Origin: Sphagnum compactum
Taxonomy: Eukaryota
Assembly (NCBI GenBank): GCA_965153455.1
Contig: OZ234493.1
Location: 19,582,213-19,646,212 of the forward strand
Direction: 5' to 3'
DNA length: 64,000 bases
Shown here piece by piece: positions 39,261-53,523 of the stretch. Each line of letters begins with the position of its first letter. Positions within the stretch are counted from its first letter, which is position 1. Made by a program: the position numbers and the translations under genes. Under the pieces are notes generated by a model, which searched no databases, was not told the origin of the DNA, and worked only from the letters and a program-made list of their open reading frames with translations.

Positions 39261-39560
39261 GGGTTGTCAAGTGGATTAGTGAGTGGAATTGTTGCCACGT
39301 GACTTGTTTCCTAACGACGACCATTGGACCAAAGTTAATTTCTAATGTAGTGGATTTTGGCATTTCCATCCATTGTTGAGTGGAATGCATAGTGGAATAG
39401 GATGCAATTTCTAATAATGTATGTCTTTTTCTTCCTTCTTGACCCCTATTGTAACCAAATCTATTTGTACTTTCTTTTTTATCCTAATTTGTAATCTTTC
39501 TAAAAACAATTGAAACTTTTGTAAATCTTTTCCTATTTGATTTGACATGCTTAGAAGAAT

Positions 39561-39857
39561 TACATCACAAATTTAACATGTGACAAATTAATAATGAAAA
39601 TCATGTGAAGTTTGTTCATTCATAAGTTCGTACATTTTACACACGAATATCATGCATTGAAAACACATTTGACACATGGATAAATGTGTTGGTAAGTGAA
39701 GTATGAACCTATGAATGAACAAATGTCACATGAATTTCACATCTTCCAATAAATTTGTGTGTTAAATATGTTTTCAATGCACGATATCAATGCATGAAAT
39801 GTACGAATTTTGCACGATTTTCATTACTAAGTCATGAGATGCTAAGTTTGTGATGTA
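39561..39857. mobile_element. ~300-bp foldback MITE, TA-flanked (Tc1/Mariner-Stowaway-like)
   Basis: TACATCACAAATTTA at 39561 versus TAAGTTTGTGATGTA ending 39857, with extensive internal inverted symmetry. Confidence 0.65.
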
Positions 39858-41258
39858 AAAGCTCATTTTCTAGGAAAACAAAACTTTTACTTTGGGATTG
39901 CAAGGCTTTGTGAGATTTTTCCCTTTCCTTTTTGCTACTAAGTTGTTTTTTGTGGGAAAATGCATCAACTGATATGAATTGTGATGGGAAAATGTGTAAT
40001 GAATTTCCTTCGTTCTTGTTTTTCGGGTTTCCAAAGTTATGTTTTAATGTTTGAGTTGAGTTGTTTGTTGTTATGGTGTTTTGCTAAAAACTAAATAATT
40101 TATTTATTTTATGTGCACAAGGGGTCAAATTTCTTTTCCTTAAATGTGTCTTTCTATACACAAAAGGACCCAATTTGAAGCACTTGTGAATATTTTTATG
40201 TGCCCAAAGCCTCCAATTTGTAATCATTTCATTGTTGTTTAATGTCACTTTGAACCCCCATGATTGAACATAAGTTTGCACAAAATTGTTCACAAATGCC
40301 TAGGTTCCCAAACACCTTGTTTAAAAGGATGTTTGTCCTACCCATTATTCCCAAACATTTATTTCACAAATATGATTTGCAAAATTAAAATTTTCGAACA
40401 CAAAATTTATGGCGAAAAGTTGTAAAATTCCATTGTATTGTCAAAACATGACATGATTCCATAGTGTAATTTGGTTCTATTACAATACTACAAAAAAATC
40501 TCAAATTGCTTAAAAAAGATTTTGAAAAGCATAAAACATATGGGGTTTTTATCAATGTTGGCAAGTATTAAGAAAATTGTGAAAATTGGCTAGGGGTTTT
40601 GGATGGTCCTCATAATGAACATCAATGGATATCATATAAAATGATATCTGTCATGATATCCTAATCATTAATTTTAATTGAAATAGAAATTATCATTTTG
40701 AAAACTAGGCGTTTCATGTATTTATCAAATATTGATACCTATGCAAGGTAATGGAAGATGCCTAGGGTAGGTTTTTAGGAGTTTACTATCTATTCTAGGT
40801 AGTAGGAGATTGTTGACATGTTTTAAAAGCTTGTAAGGGAATCCAATGCTTTAAATTTTAGGTCTAGGGAATTAATGCGGCCGTCGATCAACGGACATCT
40901 TTAATGGAAAGGGAAAACTTTCCTTCACATAGATAAAAGGGCCAAAGTTTTAACTTGGACCCCACTTTTCTCCATCACTTTGAGTGTTTGGAAGTTGTGT
41001 TGTTGAGGATTTGTGTGCATTAAAGTTATTGAAACTTTTTTCTTTTCTTCCTCAATTCATAGTTTTGCTTATGCATATTCTTTTTAGTTTTCATTTTCCT
41101 TGTGCATTTGTATCTTGGTAGTGCCAGTGTTGCTCCGTTAGGTATGTGCTTGTGTTCTTGGCTTTGTTTGCACGTCTTTTTCTTGGTTCTTGATTCTGCT
41201 TGTTGATCTATCTCGTGTACTCCCCCCCCTTGTTTGCTTGTGCAAGTGTGAGATCATA

Positions 41259-42076
41259 TGTCGCAACCCCAATCTTGAGAGAGTGTGAAGATGAAGACTC
41301 ACACTCCCGAAATGGGAACTTGGGAGTTTGCTGGGACTCCCAAAACTTCAGAGAGCAATTGCAGGGGTCAAAACACTTTGCATTGGGGAGTTCTTTATAT
41401 CATTGGAAAAGCTATTAAAGTGTAGATGTCTAAAATGGGCTCGCATGACCCATTTGGACATCTGCAACACAAGTTATGGCAAAAAGAAAGGCCGGAAGTC
41501 AAACTAGCAGTTTGACTCCCGACCACAAAAAGTCAAGAATCGACCCGACCCCTGTGCATGCAGGTGGAGTGTGACACACCGTTGGAAAGCTCTCAACAAG
41601 AGCTACAACTTGCTTGAGACCTCATCCCGATCGGAGGTCTAAGCAAAAAGTTATAGTCTCGCAAAGTTGAGGGAGTCCAAACCTTGGTAGTTTCGAGACT
41701 CCTCCTTGGGAGTTCCGGGACAAAAAGCCATTCGAATGTAGCCGCCGCGGAGAGATGTAGAGAATACTATATGGGGAAAGGTGGTGGCTTCCCCCGAGTT
41801 CGGGCCGTGGTGAGTCTTGTGAGTCCAAAGTTGCCCATGGCTTGTCCTTTGGTGCTCCAAACGGTATTCTAACCATATTGTTGGTTGGTTTGATGTAGAT
41901 TCGAGTGAGTAACTAGAATGCTTGTCACTCTTCCTAGTCCCATCCCGGAGCCTCAGCACGCCCTTCTACCCCTTTGAAGTGCTAAGAGTTGGGAGTGTGC
42001 CTCGAGCTCCTAACATTTCCGCTGTTCACTACCGTAGACTCTTCTTGAGTCTATCAAGGAGCTTGGGAGCGCGTCA
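41259..42076. mobile_element. Solo LTR (818 bp)
   Basis: TGTCGC...GCGTCA termini; perfect 5-bp TSD TCATA at 41254-41258 and 42077-42081; GC-richer than flanks. Confidence 0.9.
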
Positions 42077-42759
42077 TCATAACATTTCTTTCTTGGCTCT
42101 TGATTTTGCTTATTGATTTATCACATAAATTTTTTTCCCTTTGTTTTTTTGTGCAAGTGTTAAATTGTAGGAGGTTCGACTATCAAGATTAAAGTTTAGT
42201 TCCAAGCTTCAAATTTTTGTAATTAAAAAAAACATTTAAAGTTTTTCTTGGTTTTTTTTGGGTTTTTTTGGGTTTTTTATTTTAAAATTTTTTTGATCAT
42301 GTTTTTTCAATTTTTTTTGGTTTTATTTTTTTATTTTTTTGGTTGCTTATTTTTTGTTACATTTTTTCTTTTATTATTTATTATTTTAAATATTAATTAT
42401 GATTTTTATTGTTGTGCATGATCTACATGTGTTTAATATTTACATTGGTTTTGCATCATCTTACATTTAATTCCCATTGCACAAATTTCTCACATTATGG
42501 TGGATAAGAAATGGAAAAGTGAGTTATTTTATATCTTTGTAAATGTTTCTAAATGTTGGCATGCTTTCATTTTATAGGATTTCCTAAGATGTTTGTTAGA
42601 ATTTAATGTGATACAATACATTTGCTTGGGCTTCTCAAATGAAAGATGGAACAATCTAGTGAAAATGAAAATAGACCAATGCTTGAAATTTTCATGAATG
42701 AAGTTGAAATGGATGAAAACCCAATCCAAGAAGATTGGTTTTAGGGTTGATCGTAGGAT

Positions 42760-42900
42760 CCAAGAAAGAGTGATTTAAGGGTTGGTTGTACTTTTCCATC
42801 TAAGTTGGTGGAATTGATTGAGACATATATTGATCTAGAAGAAGACTTGGAAGAGTTTGAAAATGCCTTTGAACAAGATGAGATTTTAAAAAAATGATGA
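42760..42900 (+). pseudogene. Possible C-terminal remnant of a DNA transposase (hAT-like)
   Basis: Reads SDLRVGCTFPSKLVELIETYIDLEEDLEEFENAFEQDEILKK*. Assignment rests on recalled resemblance only. Confidence 0.3.
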
Positions 42901-45900
42901 AAACAACATTTGTTCATTTTCATGACCTTGAAGTGAATCCTTCCATTTTGTTTCAATTTATTAGATTTTCTTCAATCTTATTTTATTAAAACTTTGATAA
43001 CTAGCTTGAGAAAACCACTTAGAATAACCACTTATTATTAACTTTGGGAAAACAACCTATATGAGAATTGGCTTAAACATTAAAAAATTCAAAAGATGAA
43101 ACTTTGATAGGTTCTTTAAAATAGGGGGAAAAAGTTTAAGAATTGGGTCGATTTTTCAAAATCGCCATAAGGACTAGAACCAATGGTTTTCTAAAGAATG
43201 GGAGAATTGCCCAATGCTCGTTTTTATCCCTTGTAGAAAACAATACCAACCACATTGAAGAGCTATTCACATACTTTCAGTAACAATGTAGTGCCATCCA
43301 ATAAATTGATCAATATCTCCTACCAAACTTATAATGATTTTTCAAGGGATCAATGTTCTAGAGACTACTATTATCAATCAAAAAGAAATTTAAAAAAAGT
43401 TTCTACTTGGAAGGTTAAATTCCTTCCCAAGGTTCAGAATTTTAAAAATTCAAAAATGGTTTCCCTCTCAACACCCCCACAACTAATTAATATAAATCAC
43501 ACTATATAGTTTGACCCCCACTAAATAATCCTCCCAAACTTCATAACCTCCCTAATTTGATAAAAATCTTGTTCATGGATGTTATTCCTATTATCCTAAA
43601 TGATATCCTCTGATTTCTAATGTGTAATAGTTTTTCAATTTTTATTTTATTTTTAGAGGTCTAAACATTTGTGATGAACCAATCATCCAAAAACATTTTT
43701 CTTATTCATTGATCCCAAAAATTCCGTTGAAGTTCTCCGAACACCTTATGTGCATCCCATTGTGATGGCATGGACAGATTTTGAAGGAAAGAAATGTTAA
43801 TTCATTGGATTTTTATTATAAGTTCCTATAGTTAGCCAAGAACATACAAGGATGTTAAAATATTTTTATTTTCATATCTAGTATGTAGCCAAATTTGGCT
43901 AAATTATTTTGTGAATGATCACCACCTTCGCTACATCATAAATGCCTTCAAAAAACCATTGATCCCAAGAAAGAAAAAAATAAAAAATCATCAAATTTAG
44001 AAAATAGCTCCAACAAATTGCAACATTAAAGGAGGAATTTCTTTTTTTTCTACATCTTCTTGTGGATGATAGCCACTTGGTGGAGTTTCTAGAAAAACAT
44101 TGACGGTGCTAGTTATGTTAAATATTGTGCTATGCTTAAATTATTGGTACAATTAATTAAGATTCATAACTTTTGGATGCACATTGCCAACCAACACAAA
44201 AATAAACAACATAATATTTTCACACACTAATGTCCTTTTTGTTCAAAATCTTAACTCCAAAACATTAATCTCTTTTATTTGATAAATATCATTTATTAGA
44301 GGAACCCCAATTTTGTAATATCCTTCACTCATTGATATTATTTTGATCCACCAACCTTATCATTTAATGAAGGTAAGATTGTATATATCACATGGTTTGA
44401 GGACAAACTACATCAATAGAAACAAAGGTTACTAGCCCTATCTTTTAGTGGGACATCTAAGCATGCAATGAAATCTTGAATTCACACAAATTAATAAAAT
44501 ATCTAGATCAATTTTGGGGCATCCTGGTTTGGCTTAAACAATGACAAGATGACAATGGGGATGATAGCTAAGTGGATGTTAGGTCAATGATGGATGATGT
44601 GGTTGGTGACATGTTGATAGGGATGACAACATGGATGACAAGATGGCAATGAGGAATGATGAGAGAATGTAGGGATGGTGGCCACAACAACCAATGGGAA
44701 TGTTGGGTGGTAGTTGGAAGGATGGAAGAAATGCTACGATGGATGATGCAAGTGGGTTTTTGTTTTTTTTCCCCCTTTAACAGTTTGGCGATGGATGAAT
44801 AATGAAAATAATGTGGTGGATGACAATAATATAAGGATGGTAAAGGCATCAAGCTAGATGAGATGAGTGGATTTTTTTCTTGGAAATTTGATGACGGACG
44901 CACAATATATGAGCAATTGGGATGATGGGGTGTTGGGAGGGGGACATCAGAGTGGATGTAATATACTAAATTTGAATAATTTCTAAATTATTATTATGGT
45001 TTTGGCAATTTGTTGATGGACAAATAATGTAGATGATGGGGTGGACAATGTGGGTGTCAAAAAGGATTGTAGGGTGGATGATGAGCCATTAAAGAATTTT
45101 ATGGACAATTGGGGCATTAGGAAGGATGGTAAGGTGATGAGGTGAATGATGAACATGCCAAAGGATTGAATGTAAAACAAATGCATCCTTATTCTTCCTT
45201 ATTTTCCCCAACAATTTGGCATCCGCCCCATTGAACATTCCAATGTTGTCCTAGTGTTCGGCTACTTGTTTAAAACTTCCCAAGGTTGAAAATAATTATA
45301 AGGTAGGTAGATAGAAATAATGAATAAAAATCACATTTTTGAAGGGATGATACAGGATGTGCTGAATCTTTTGATGACATGTTCCAAGTCAAGGTACATC
45401 CTCCTCACAACTCTCAAAAAAGGGTTATCACTCACCAAAAAAAAGGACAATGTAATTTATTTTTGTTCTAAAGTTTCTAAAATGTCATCAAGTATTAGGG
45501 TTGTCAATATAAACATCCTTCAAATATCCTTGAGACATCTTGTCACATTCTTCAAAAAGGTAAATGTTTTTACATCTTCTTTACTTTATCTAGAAATTTA
45601 AGTTTTTTTGTCTAGGCAAAGATAAATTTGCATTTACCCAAACATTGAGACTCACCTTAAAATGCCAGGGAAACTAGGAAACAATGACAAACATCATGGA
45701 AACATGACAAGAATCCAACATGGTGAAGGGAGCTATGGTAGAAATATGAAAACATTTGTCCTTTAACCAAGCATGTTGTTCTCAATTTGGGTACTTCATT
45801 GTCCACCTTGTTGGCCTTGTCAATCATTCATCTAGCCGAATTGAAAGAAATAAGAAAATTTGTATGCACTTGTCATCCACCCCCAACGACTTTAACTTCC

Positions 45901-48900
45901 CTTTAGATGCCTCCCATCATCCACCTTGACATCTTCATCATTCATTCGTTGCTCAAAATGTTGCAAAAGATATTATTATTGTTATTATTTTTGGACATGT
46001 TATTGCCCACCCTATAGCCCACATTGTCCTTCCTAGCACCCTTGCTTCCTTTTCAACTACCCCATTATCCTCTTTGTTGTTAAGTTGTTGATTTTTTTTA
46101 AAAAAAACTATTTTTTGCATCCACCTCTATACATTGGCTACCCTTTCAAGTGCCTTCATTGTCCTCATTCACATTTCCATTGTCAATTTCTCAACATCCC
46201 TACCATCCCCTAGGAATCATCCCCATGTCCTCCATAGTGTAGATCTTTTAGGATTGTAGTCCACTCTAGGATTGGAGAACATTTCTAGTGTGATATTGGC
46301 AACTTTAAGTACCAAATATTTTAACAATTAGATCATGTTTATGAATTGTTGAAAAATTTCAAAAATCATTTTTTCCAACTCAAAAAAATATTGTGAAGGA
46401 TAATAGTGCATATTTAGGAATATTACATTTGTTGAAATGAAAAAAATAAAATTCAACAGACATGTGTTGAAATGGCCAAGGTATTATGGCATATACCAAA
46501 ACCCGTTTCTTGTTGGGTTGACAATCAATTTTGAGTTTGAATGGTTATCAAACCAGGTCTTGATGGAAGTTGAAAAAATTGGACACTTTAATGCAAGTAT
46601 CATTATGCTTGAAGTGTGACGTCACATGAAAAATAAAAAAAACTTTTGGTTAGAATTAATTATAAAAAGTTTAAACTTTTCCTTGTCTTTATTAGTTTCG
46701 TTATGCCTTGGTATTCACATTTTTGTGTGAAAGGTCAAAATTTTGTCAACCCATCGTGTGAAATGCATTTGTTCAACATACATGTCACATTGAAATGCAA
46801 AATAAAAAATAAATTGTCACCAACATAGAATAAAACAAAATAAAAAACCTGTCAAAAATACTCTGATGGCCATATAACCAATTTCCAAGCTGAAGTTTCT
46901 GTAATGGAGTTTTGCAATGGACGGTGGGGTGGTCTTTTGACCATGGACTATGAGAAGAGTGTTGAATAATATTGGAAGGCTCACAGTAGGCTTGAAGTCC
47001 TGGACGGTTGGCATTTTCACTAGAAAGACACCAATGGCCACATGGTGTGGGAAAAACTTATTTGTACCCAAAAAGTACCCAGGATAGTTGCTCATTACCT
47101 TGGGAGACCTTTACCCAGTCATCTGCATGCTCTTGACGCTCTCATCTGGGGGAGCATGCAATTAAAAACACGTGCTGTTCTCAGCCTCTAATCGCCTCAC
47201 TTTACGGATAACTTTATTAATGTGTTGAAGTCAAATGAAGGGTTGGGGTTTAGTATATTCATGACAATTTTTAGCTCTAACTCCAACGTGCTCAAGGTCA
47301 CCAAAGACCGACAGTGTAGTTGGTGTTCATACAAGTAACCAAACCAACACTTGTCAACAGCACACTCATTGGAAAGGCATGATAAATTGGAGCGAACCCC
47401 CCAAGGGGACCCCTACTATAGGCGACAAACAAACGTCAGCATGACAATTAACGTAAAACCATGGGCTAACCAGCAACCACTTGTGCACCAAGAAGGATGG
47501 ACGGTAAGTGTAAGTGGTACTTTGCAGAGACCACTGATTGCCATAGTTAAGCCTAATAGCATCTCCACCCCACACCTGTAAACACCTCTTTTCATTAAAT
47601 CTTGCATCATGATAGCGTTATGCTGCTGCCGTCCTTGCAGTGGTCATTTTAAACCCCTTTGAAATCTTTTTTCTACTATGGATTTGGAGAGGGATTATTA
47701 CTCGTCCAGATGTAGTAAATATATAAATGGTCCTTTGACTATTTAAAGGGACTTTTGTGACGTTTGTGGGTGGGGACAGTGATCATTAAGCACTATTCTG
47801 TTTTTAACATGGAGGAGTTGTTTACAGTTTTGGGGTGGAGATGCTCTAAGTTGTGATTCATACAAAACTCGTGAGTTTACTAAATTCTGACAATCCAAGT
47901 GGATCATGTGACCTAACCACCACAAGTGGGCCAGGGTGCATTGGGTGAACCAGCACCCATTCTGGGACCTGCACCTTCTTCAGTGAGGCCTCTCATAAGC
48001 TTATATATTCAACCTGAGAAATGATAAATTTATACCTAGAGGTCCTGATTTAGTATAGGGGTATGATATTCATAACGATTAGAATAAGCAACATAAATTA
48101 AACTTAAGTATATTTTGCCATGGTACTAGGTAGTATAGGTGCTAGTTCATCCAAGGCCTCACAAGTGCATCATCCATCGGAGACCTATAATGACAGTTAT
48201 GGAGGAACCACAACTGAGTTACCAAGGTGGTAACCTGTCCTGTAAACCCTATACCTCACATTACCAGTGCAAGTAGGTATGTAAGTACACAAGTACTTGT
48301 GTAAGGGGATAATGGTCAAAGCACATGTATGCTGCCCAATCACCATTTTCTGGAATCTAGTGATGGAGTAGCGTTAGCAACTGAGATGACAATAATTACT
48401 GGACCACCCGAGTTGAGAGATACCATAGTATTTTAGTGGGGTCCTCCCTCCGCCCCCCCCTCTCCCACTAGATCCCAGCAGTAGGTAGATGGATGATATA
48501 TGTGGTTAGCTATAGGATTGGAGTAGGGAAAAGGGTGCTTTCTGTCCACACACCATCCATGGTGGTCTGTTCTGGTTCACTCTGGCGAATAGAAGTGGGG
48601 TTCACTCCAAATTGATCAGATTGTGATTTCTAAGAAGCCACAAAGTTTGATTAGACACTAAAATTATCAGTAAAGTCACCCTCTTTTTCACCCCCTATTG
48701 TCTTTGCTTTCACCCTGTAACCCCTCTTTGAGTGCTATCCACAAAGTAAGGAAATTTTATTATATCTTAGTATGAAATGCTGAAACTCAGGATTTAATGC
48801 ACAAGGTCCCAGAATAATTATAGTAGTTGTACAGATAGGAACTGTGAAAATATATGTAGCAGTAGTGAAGGCGCTCACGGAAAAGGAAAGACGGGATGAA

Positions 48901-49454
48901 ACTCAGTTTACTCCCAAAATTGGTGGAAAAACTAGTTTGGGTCCCAATTATTTCATAGTTTATGGTATATAAAAAGTTTTTAATAATAAAAAAAATTTGA
49001 CTTTGATTTTTTTTATGTTATTGAATATTAGAAAAAAATATTCTTGATGTAGAAAAGCTGGCAGTTTTTACCACCAAAAACACACAAAAATTCGCAAACA
49101 TACTTGGAAAATCTGGGACCAAAATCTATGGATAAAATTCCAGAATTTCCAAGTTTTCTTTGTTTAATATCCAACTAAATTTGTCCAAACTTTCAATGAT
49201 ACCAAACTCCAATATGGCACAAAATAATATTATATTTGTAAATTCGAAAGCCAACGGTATTTTATATTATTAATGCTTGTATGGGCTAAACTTAAACTTG
49301 AAACTGGTTTAGCCCATACAACCATCAAATATTATTGTCCACCTACAAACAGAAAATCCTAAATTCACTCGTCTTGAGTTTGGGACGTTGATGAGAAACT
49401 TTAATTTTAAGTTTTTGATTTTTTAGTGTATGAGAAACTTAGAAACTATCACCT

Positions 49455-49545
49455 CTGCAAAAGCCTGAGGAGAAAAACTTTAACCAGCCACAAACCTGCT
49501 AAAGCCTTAGGAGAAATATTTTAACCAGCTGTAAACCTGCTATGA
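49455..49545 (+). repeat. ~41-bp tandem repeat, two copies plus partial
   Basis: AAAGCCT.AGGAGAAA.A.TTTAACCAGC...AAACCTGCT occurs twice. Confidence 0.7.
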
Positions 49546-50235
49546 TCTATGGAGACAATCTTGATCAAAGTTTTACATAGCAAAGAGAACATGCTTTGGG
49601 AAAAATCTATAATTTTTTTACCAATCAAATATTAGTATACACGGTCATATGCACCCTAATCTAATGAATTGGGCCAACTAGTAGCCAAGCATCCATAAAA
49701 TGGCTATCCCAGGAGCGTGACAAGCACGCCTGTTCCAACCACATTGCCTAAGGTATGTTCAAATATTGTTTATACAAATCTCCATAGAACTTTCTAAAAT
49801 TTTGGCCTTCCTGTAAATTTGAAAAGCGACCATCTATTTTTTAACTTAGCCCTGGTATTTCAACGCCCCTGGTCTTGAGGCTTCACCCGCTTTCTTTGTT
49901 TTTTTTTTTTTTGTTGAGTGTTGCAACTTGCAAAATGGCCTCCCAAGCCTACGTATGTGTGACTAGTAGGCCAAAGGTTATCAAAGTAGCGGTGTACTGC
50001 TCCGCCCCGACACCCCTACTGTAGTATAGACATGCGGTTCGTGTGTGTTTTACAGGTGTTGAAATTTGGGAATGGGCTCTGGGGCAGTGGGTACCTACCT
50101 ATTCGGCATGCGATTCCAGCTCGTATATTTCCCTGCAATCTACCATCGATCAAACGCTCTTCTATATACTCCTCTGCCCATAACCGTCAGTAGAGACATC
50201 TCTGCAGTGTATGCAGAAGATTGTTCTGCAGACGA

Positions 50236-50368
50236 TTCTGCAGATGATGGAGTCTGGAAGTGCTGCAGAGTAAAAGTTGTGCAGATGACGGAGTCAGGAG
50301 TTGGTGCAGAGTAAAAGTTCTGCAGATGATTGAGTCTGGAATTGGTGCACTAGAGTGAAAGTACTGCA
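50236..50368 (+). repeat. Three 41-bp tandem units upstream of the orphan ORF
   Basis: TT(C/G)TGCAGATGA..GAGTC.GGA.....TGCAGAGTAAAAG at 50236, 50277, 50318. Confidence 0.85.
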
Positions 50369-50593
50369 GTAGCCTATACACCTAGCGAGAGTCTGTTTTT
50401 GTGCTTTTGGCGAGAGTCACTAACTTTCAGTTACAGCTGCTATTATTAGTGTCTTTGGGAGAACCTAGCTGGGTCATTGTACAAGAATTCCGTGTTTGCG
50501 ATATTCTTGTTCTGGTCGAGTGTAAGAGGGTTGTGTATCTGTAGTGTAACTTTTATAAATCCCACGAAGGAGTCTTGTTTCCAGCTTTCGAAG

Positions 50594-51202
50594 ATGGTAG
50601 ATGCGGGAAGAGAAAACTGGAACCCTTCTGGATCCGAGCAGCGTAAATGCAAAGAGAAGCTGAAGCAGTTGCTGCAAGACGCCGTCATTGCGAGCACTGA
50701 GGAGCCGGACCGTAGTGTCTGTACATCCAGACTGCATCTGTGTGGTCACGTTGCTTCAAGTTCAGATTCTCACGAGGCCGGAGTCGATCCAGATTTAGTT
50801 GGAGGATCTCTCCTGCAAGTAGACGATCCGCCAAATGACGGGCCTCAGGCGCCTGCTGAAGAAGATGCTCACTTTGATCTAGATCACGGTCTCAGCAAGG
50901 AGCTGCGAGCGGTTGATTGGGACCTAGAAGCCTGGGGAGATCTCGCAAACGAATGTAAGAAACGTGCCGGCAAAGGTCCCGATGACTTGAGGGTCCACAC
51001 TCCGAAAGGTGACTGTGCCGACGTCTGGAGTGCCTCATGTACTCGAAAAAATGAGCGAGGAGGCCCGAGTACAGTTGCTGCTGCTGAACCTCCAAAAGGA
51101 GAGAACGTTGAAGAATTTTCAAGCCTTGCGATGGGAGGCAGAGGGAACAAGCCGGACGCCAGTCAGTTTGGGAGGATCAACAACTGCGTCCATTTCTCAT
51201 GA
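50594..51202 (+). CDS. Hypothetical 202-aa acidic protein (orphan)
   Basis: GC-elevated open frame from ATG 50594, preceded by acceptor-like TTGTTTCCAG. No known domain; N-terminus resembles that of the AP2 protein. Confidence 0.55.
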   Translation: MVDAGRENWNPSGSEQRKCKEKLKQLLQDAVIASTEEPDRSVCTSRLHLCGHVASSSDSHEAGVDPDLVGGSLLQVDDPPNDGPQAPAEEDAHFDLDHGLSKELRAVDWDLEAWGDLANECKKRAGKGPDDLRVHTPKGDCADVWSASCTRKNERGGPSTVAAAEPPKGENVEEFSSLAMGGRGNKPDASQFGRINNCVHFS

Positions 51203-52866
51203 GCCTGATGCTAATGCTTTTACACTTCCTCTCAAGTGTGCAGTTGCGATCAGAACGTAGAGGAGACCACAGCAACAGAGAGACAGCGATAAGCCGAAAA
51301 TGTGGGCGTCTGGTCCAGGGATGATTTAAGACTTTCAAGAACCAACAACAACCTTTTTCCTCGTCTTCTGAACTCCTTGATATGCTTCCTGTAGCTTCTA
51401 ACGCAGCGCTTCCATGCCTTACTGCTCCCTTGTGCAGACTCCTTACCACACTGCATTCACGCTTTTACATCTCAGGGTTGAATCCAAAGGAGAGAGAGAG
51501 TAGGTACGTTCGGGATGGGTTCTTCCGTTGCTGCTTCGTTCTTTTTCTATCGATCCCGCTATCCTCCTCCTCCTTCGTACCCGGAGAACTCACACGCTGT
51601 ATGGAATTCGCAGTCTAGAATTTGGAGTTGGTGGTCCGGTACTGCTTTAATGTTATAACTGCAGATCATGTGTTTGCTGGATTCTCGTTCAGATTTCGGC
51701 GATGTCTGTTTTGGTGCGCGAACTCTTTTTGTTTAAAATCCGCATATGTTCCTTGGATTTTATCGCTCTCTCTACATGGCAGCATTCGAATCTCGCTTCC
51801 TTTCTTTGGATCTGTACAAATGGAATGCATCATCATGTCCCCTGTGTGCAGTGTTATTTTAAGGAAATTTTTAATGTAGCTAAGTGGCGATCATCCATAG
51901 GAAGATGCAGGAAAAAAAAAAGTGGCGATAATCCCTAGGAAGATTAAATTAGCCAAATCTGGTTGTAAATTATGTATATACCAAATGCGAATCTTTAATT
52001 AACATTCTAAATTTATGGCTATAAACCATACATAGACCAAGTGTGAATCTTTCATTAACCTTCTATATTTATGGCTACACACCAAAAACCAAATGTAGAC
52101 ATCTGGCAATTGCTGCTACTTTTTCTCTCACTTCTGGCTATTGAATTTCAGCAGCAGAGAAAAAAAGCTTGCCTGTGTGTTGGGTTTTCGTTTGTCATTG
52201 GGAATCAAGTAATTGACCTCCAAAAGATGTCTAATTTGAGTCAAGCTTAAAATTTTCAGGGTAATGCCCCAGGGTGAGCAGCATTCTGGAAATAACAGGC
52301 TTTGGACCAGTCGGCTGAACATGAGGCAAAATTCATCATGAACACAATCATCTGCAGATCATGAGCGGGTAGGATGGGGAGGGTTCTAACACGCACTCTT
52401 TAGGAATGGGATGGATAGTTCTAACATACACTCTTTAGGTAGGGTGTATTACTTGAGAGTGGGTGTAAGGTCCCTCCTCTTTGCAAAGTCTTTGCAAAGA
52501 GCGATATCATGCATACAAGGTGCCCTTCGAGTACCATAGGAAATTTCTGTGAGCCCATTCCACATATGTTTTTGGCATTTTCTAGTCAATTGGTCCTAAG
52601 TGGAAGCAAGTAGTATGGAACATCATGGGCATAACCATTCCGTCCAGGAAGAGCTGGGTAAGGACAATTTGGAAGGGGGCAGCCATAGAAATTTTCTGAT
52701 TGGCTAGAATTGGGCATGCCCAGGATAGTCCATATAGTTATTCTTTTGTTATAGATATATATATTTCAATTCTGTCCCATCAGAATGGTTTGGTGAACAA
52801 TTCTTTCAACGTTGTTCTCAGTGCAGAATGATTTGCAGAATCAAACTACAATTATTCTGTGTGAGA

Positions 52867-53203
52867 AAAGGCAGAAAAGACTTGTACAAAATAATAATAA
52901 GCAGGTTTACACACTTTTTTTTTCCTTATTTGCCCTGCCCCTCCGACACCCAACTAATTTAGATGATGAGGTTGTCATGAGGTCATCATAGTGTGAGGGG
53001 GCCCAAAGTGACATGAACTTTCCTGACTTGGTAGGGCTTAAGTGATAAAGGGCAGAAAAGACTTGGTACAAAATTGTAAGTGTTTACACACTTTTTTTTT
53101 CCTTATTTGCCCTGCCCCTCCAACGCCCGACTAATATAGATGATAAGGTTGTGGTCATAGTGAGGGGGCCCAAAGTGACATGACTTTGCTGACTTGGTAG
53201 GGC
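52867..53203 (+). repeat. ~170-180 bp tandem duplication
   Basis: GGCAGAAAAGACTTG...TTATTTGCCCTGCCCCTCC...GAGGGGGCCCAAAGTGACATGA...GACTTGGTAGGGC at 52867-53037 and 53047-53203. Confidence 0.9.
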
Positions 53204-53523
53204 ATGCAATGTTCTTTTCCAGTTCTTTAGTGAGCTCCAACCGTGCTCGGTATGTGACCCACCACATCCAACTTTAGTTCTTTACTCTTTTCCAACCCCA
53301 CCTAAAAATCTAAAGCCAGGACTGCAACTAGGTGGGGGACTACTAATAGCAAACCATCTGGACCAATCATTATGGTTGGCCAATCAGAAACGGGGAGGAC
53401 CAGTCAGATCCTAATTACTAGAATCTGCACATCATATTTAAAAAAATCTACTGTGGTCAGCATCCTGTGAAAAAACGCTGGGAAGAAAATCATTTTGCTG
53501 AGCCAAAACTTTTCCCCATCTAA

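Noticed and set aside
44540-46240. GA/GT-rich and CT/CA-rich mirrored flanks suggesting a long-TIR element
   Set aside because: Only a short ATGGGGATGAT match between the ends and no TSD found.
50477-50593. Upstream extension of the orphan ORF to 241 aa
   Set aside because: Starts at a non-ATG codon and crosses an acceptor-like site; ATG 50594 is preferred.
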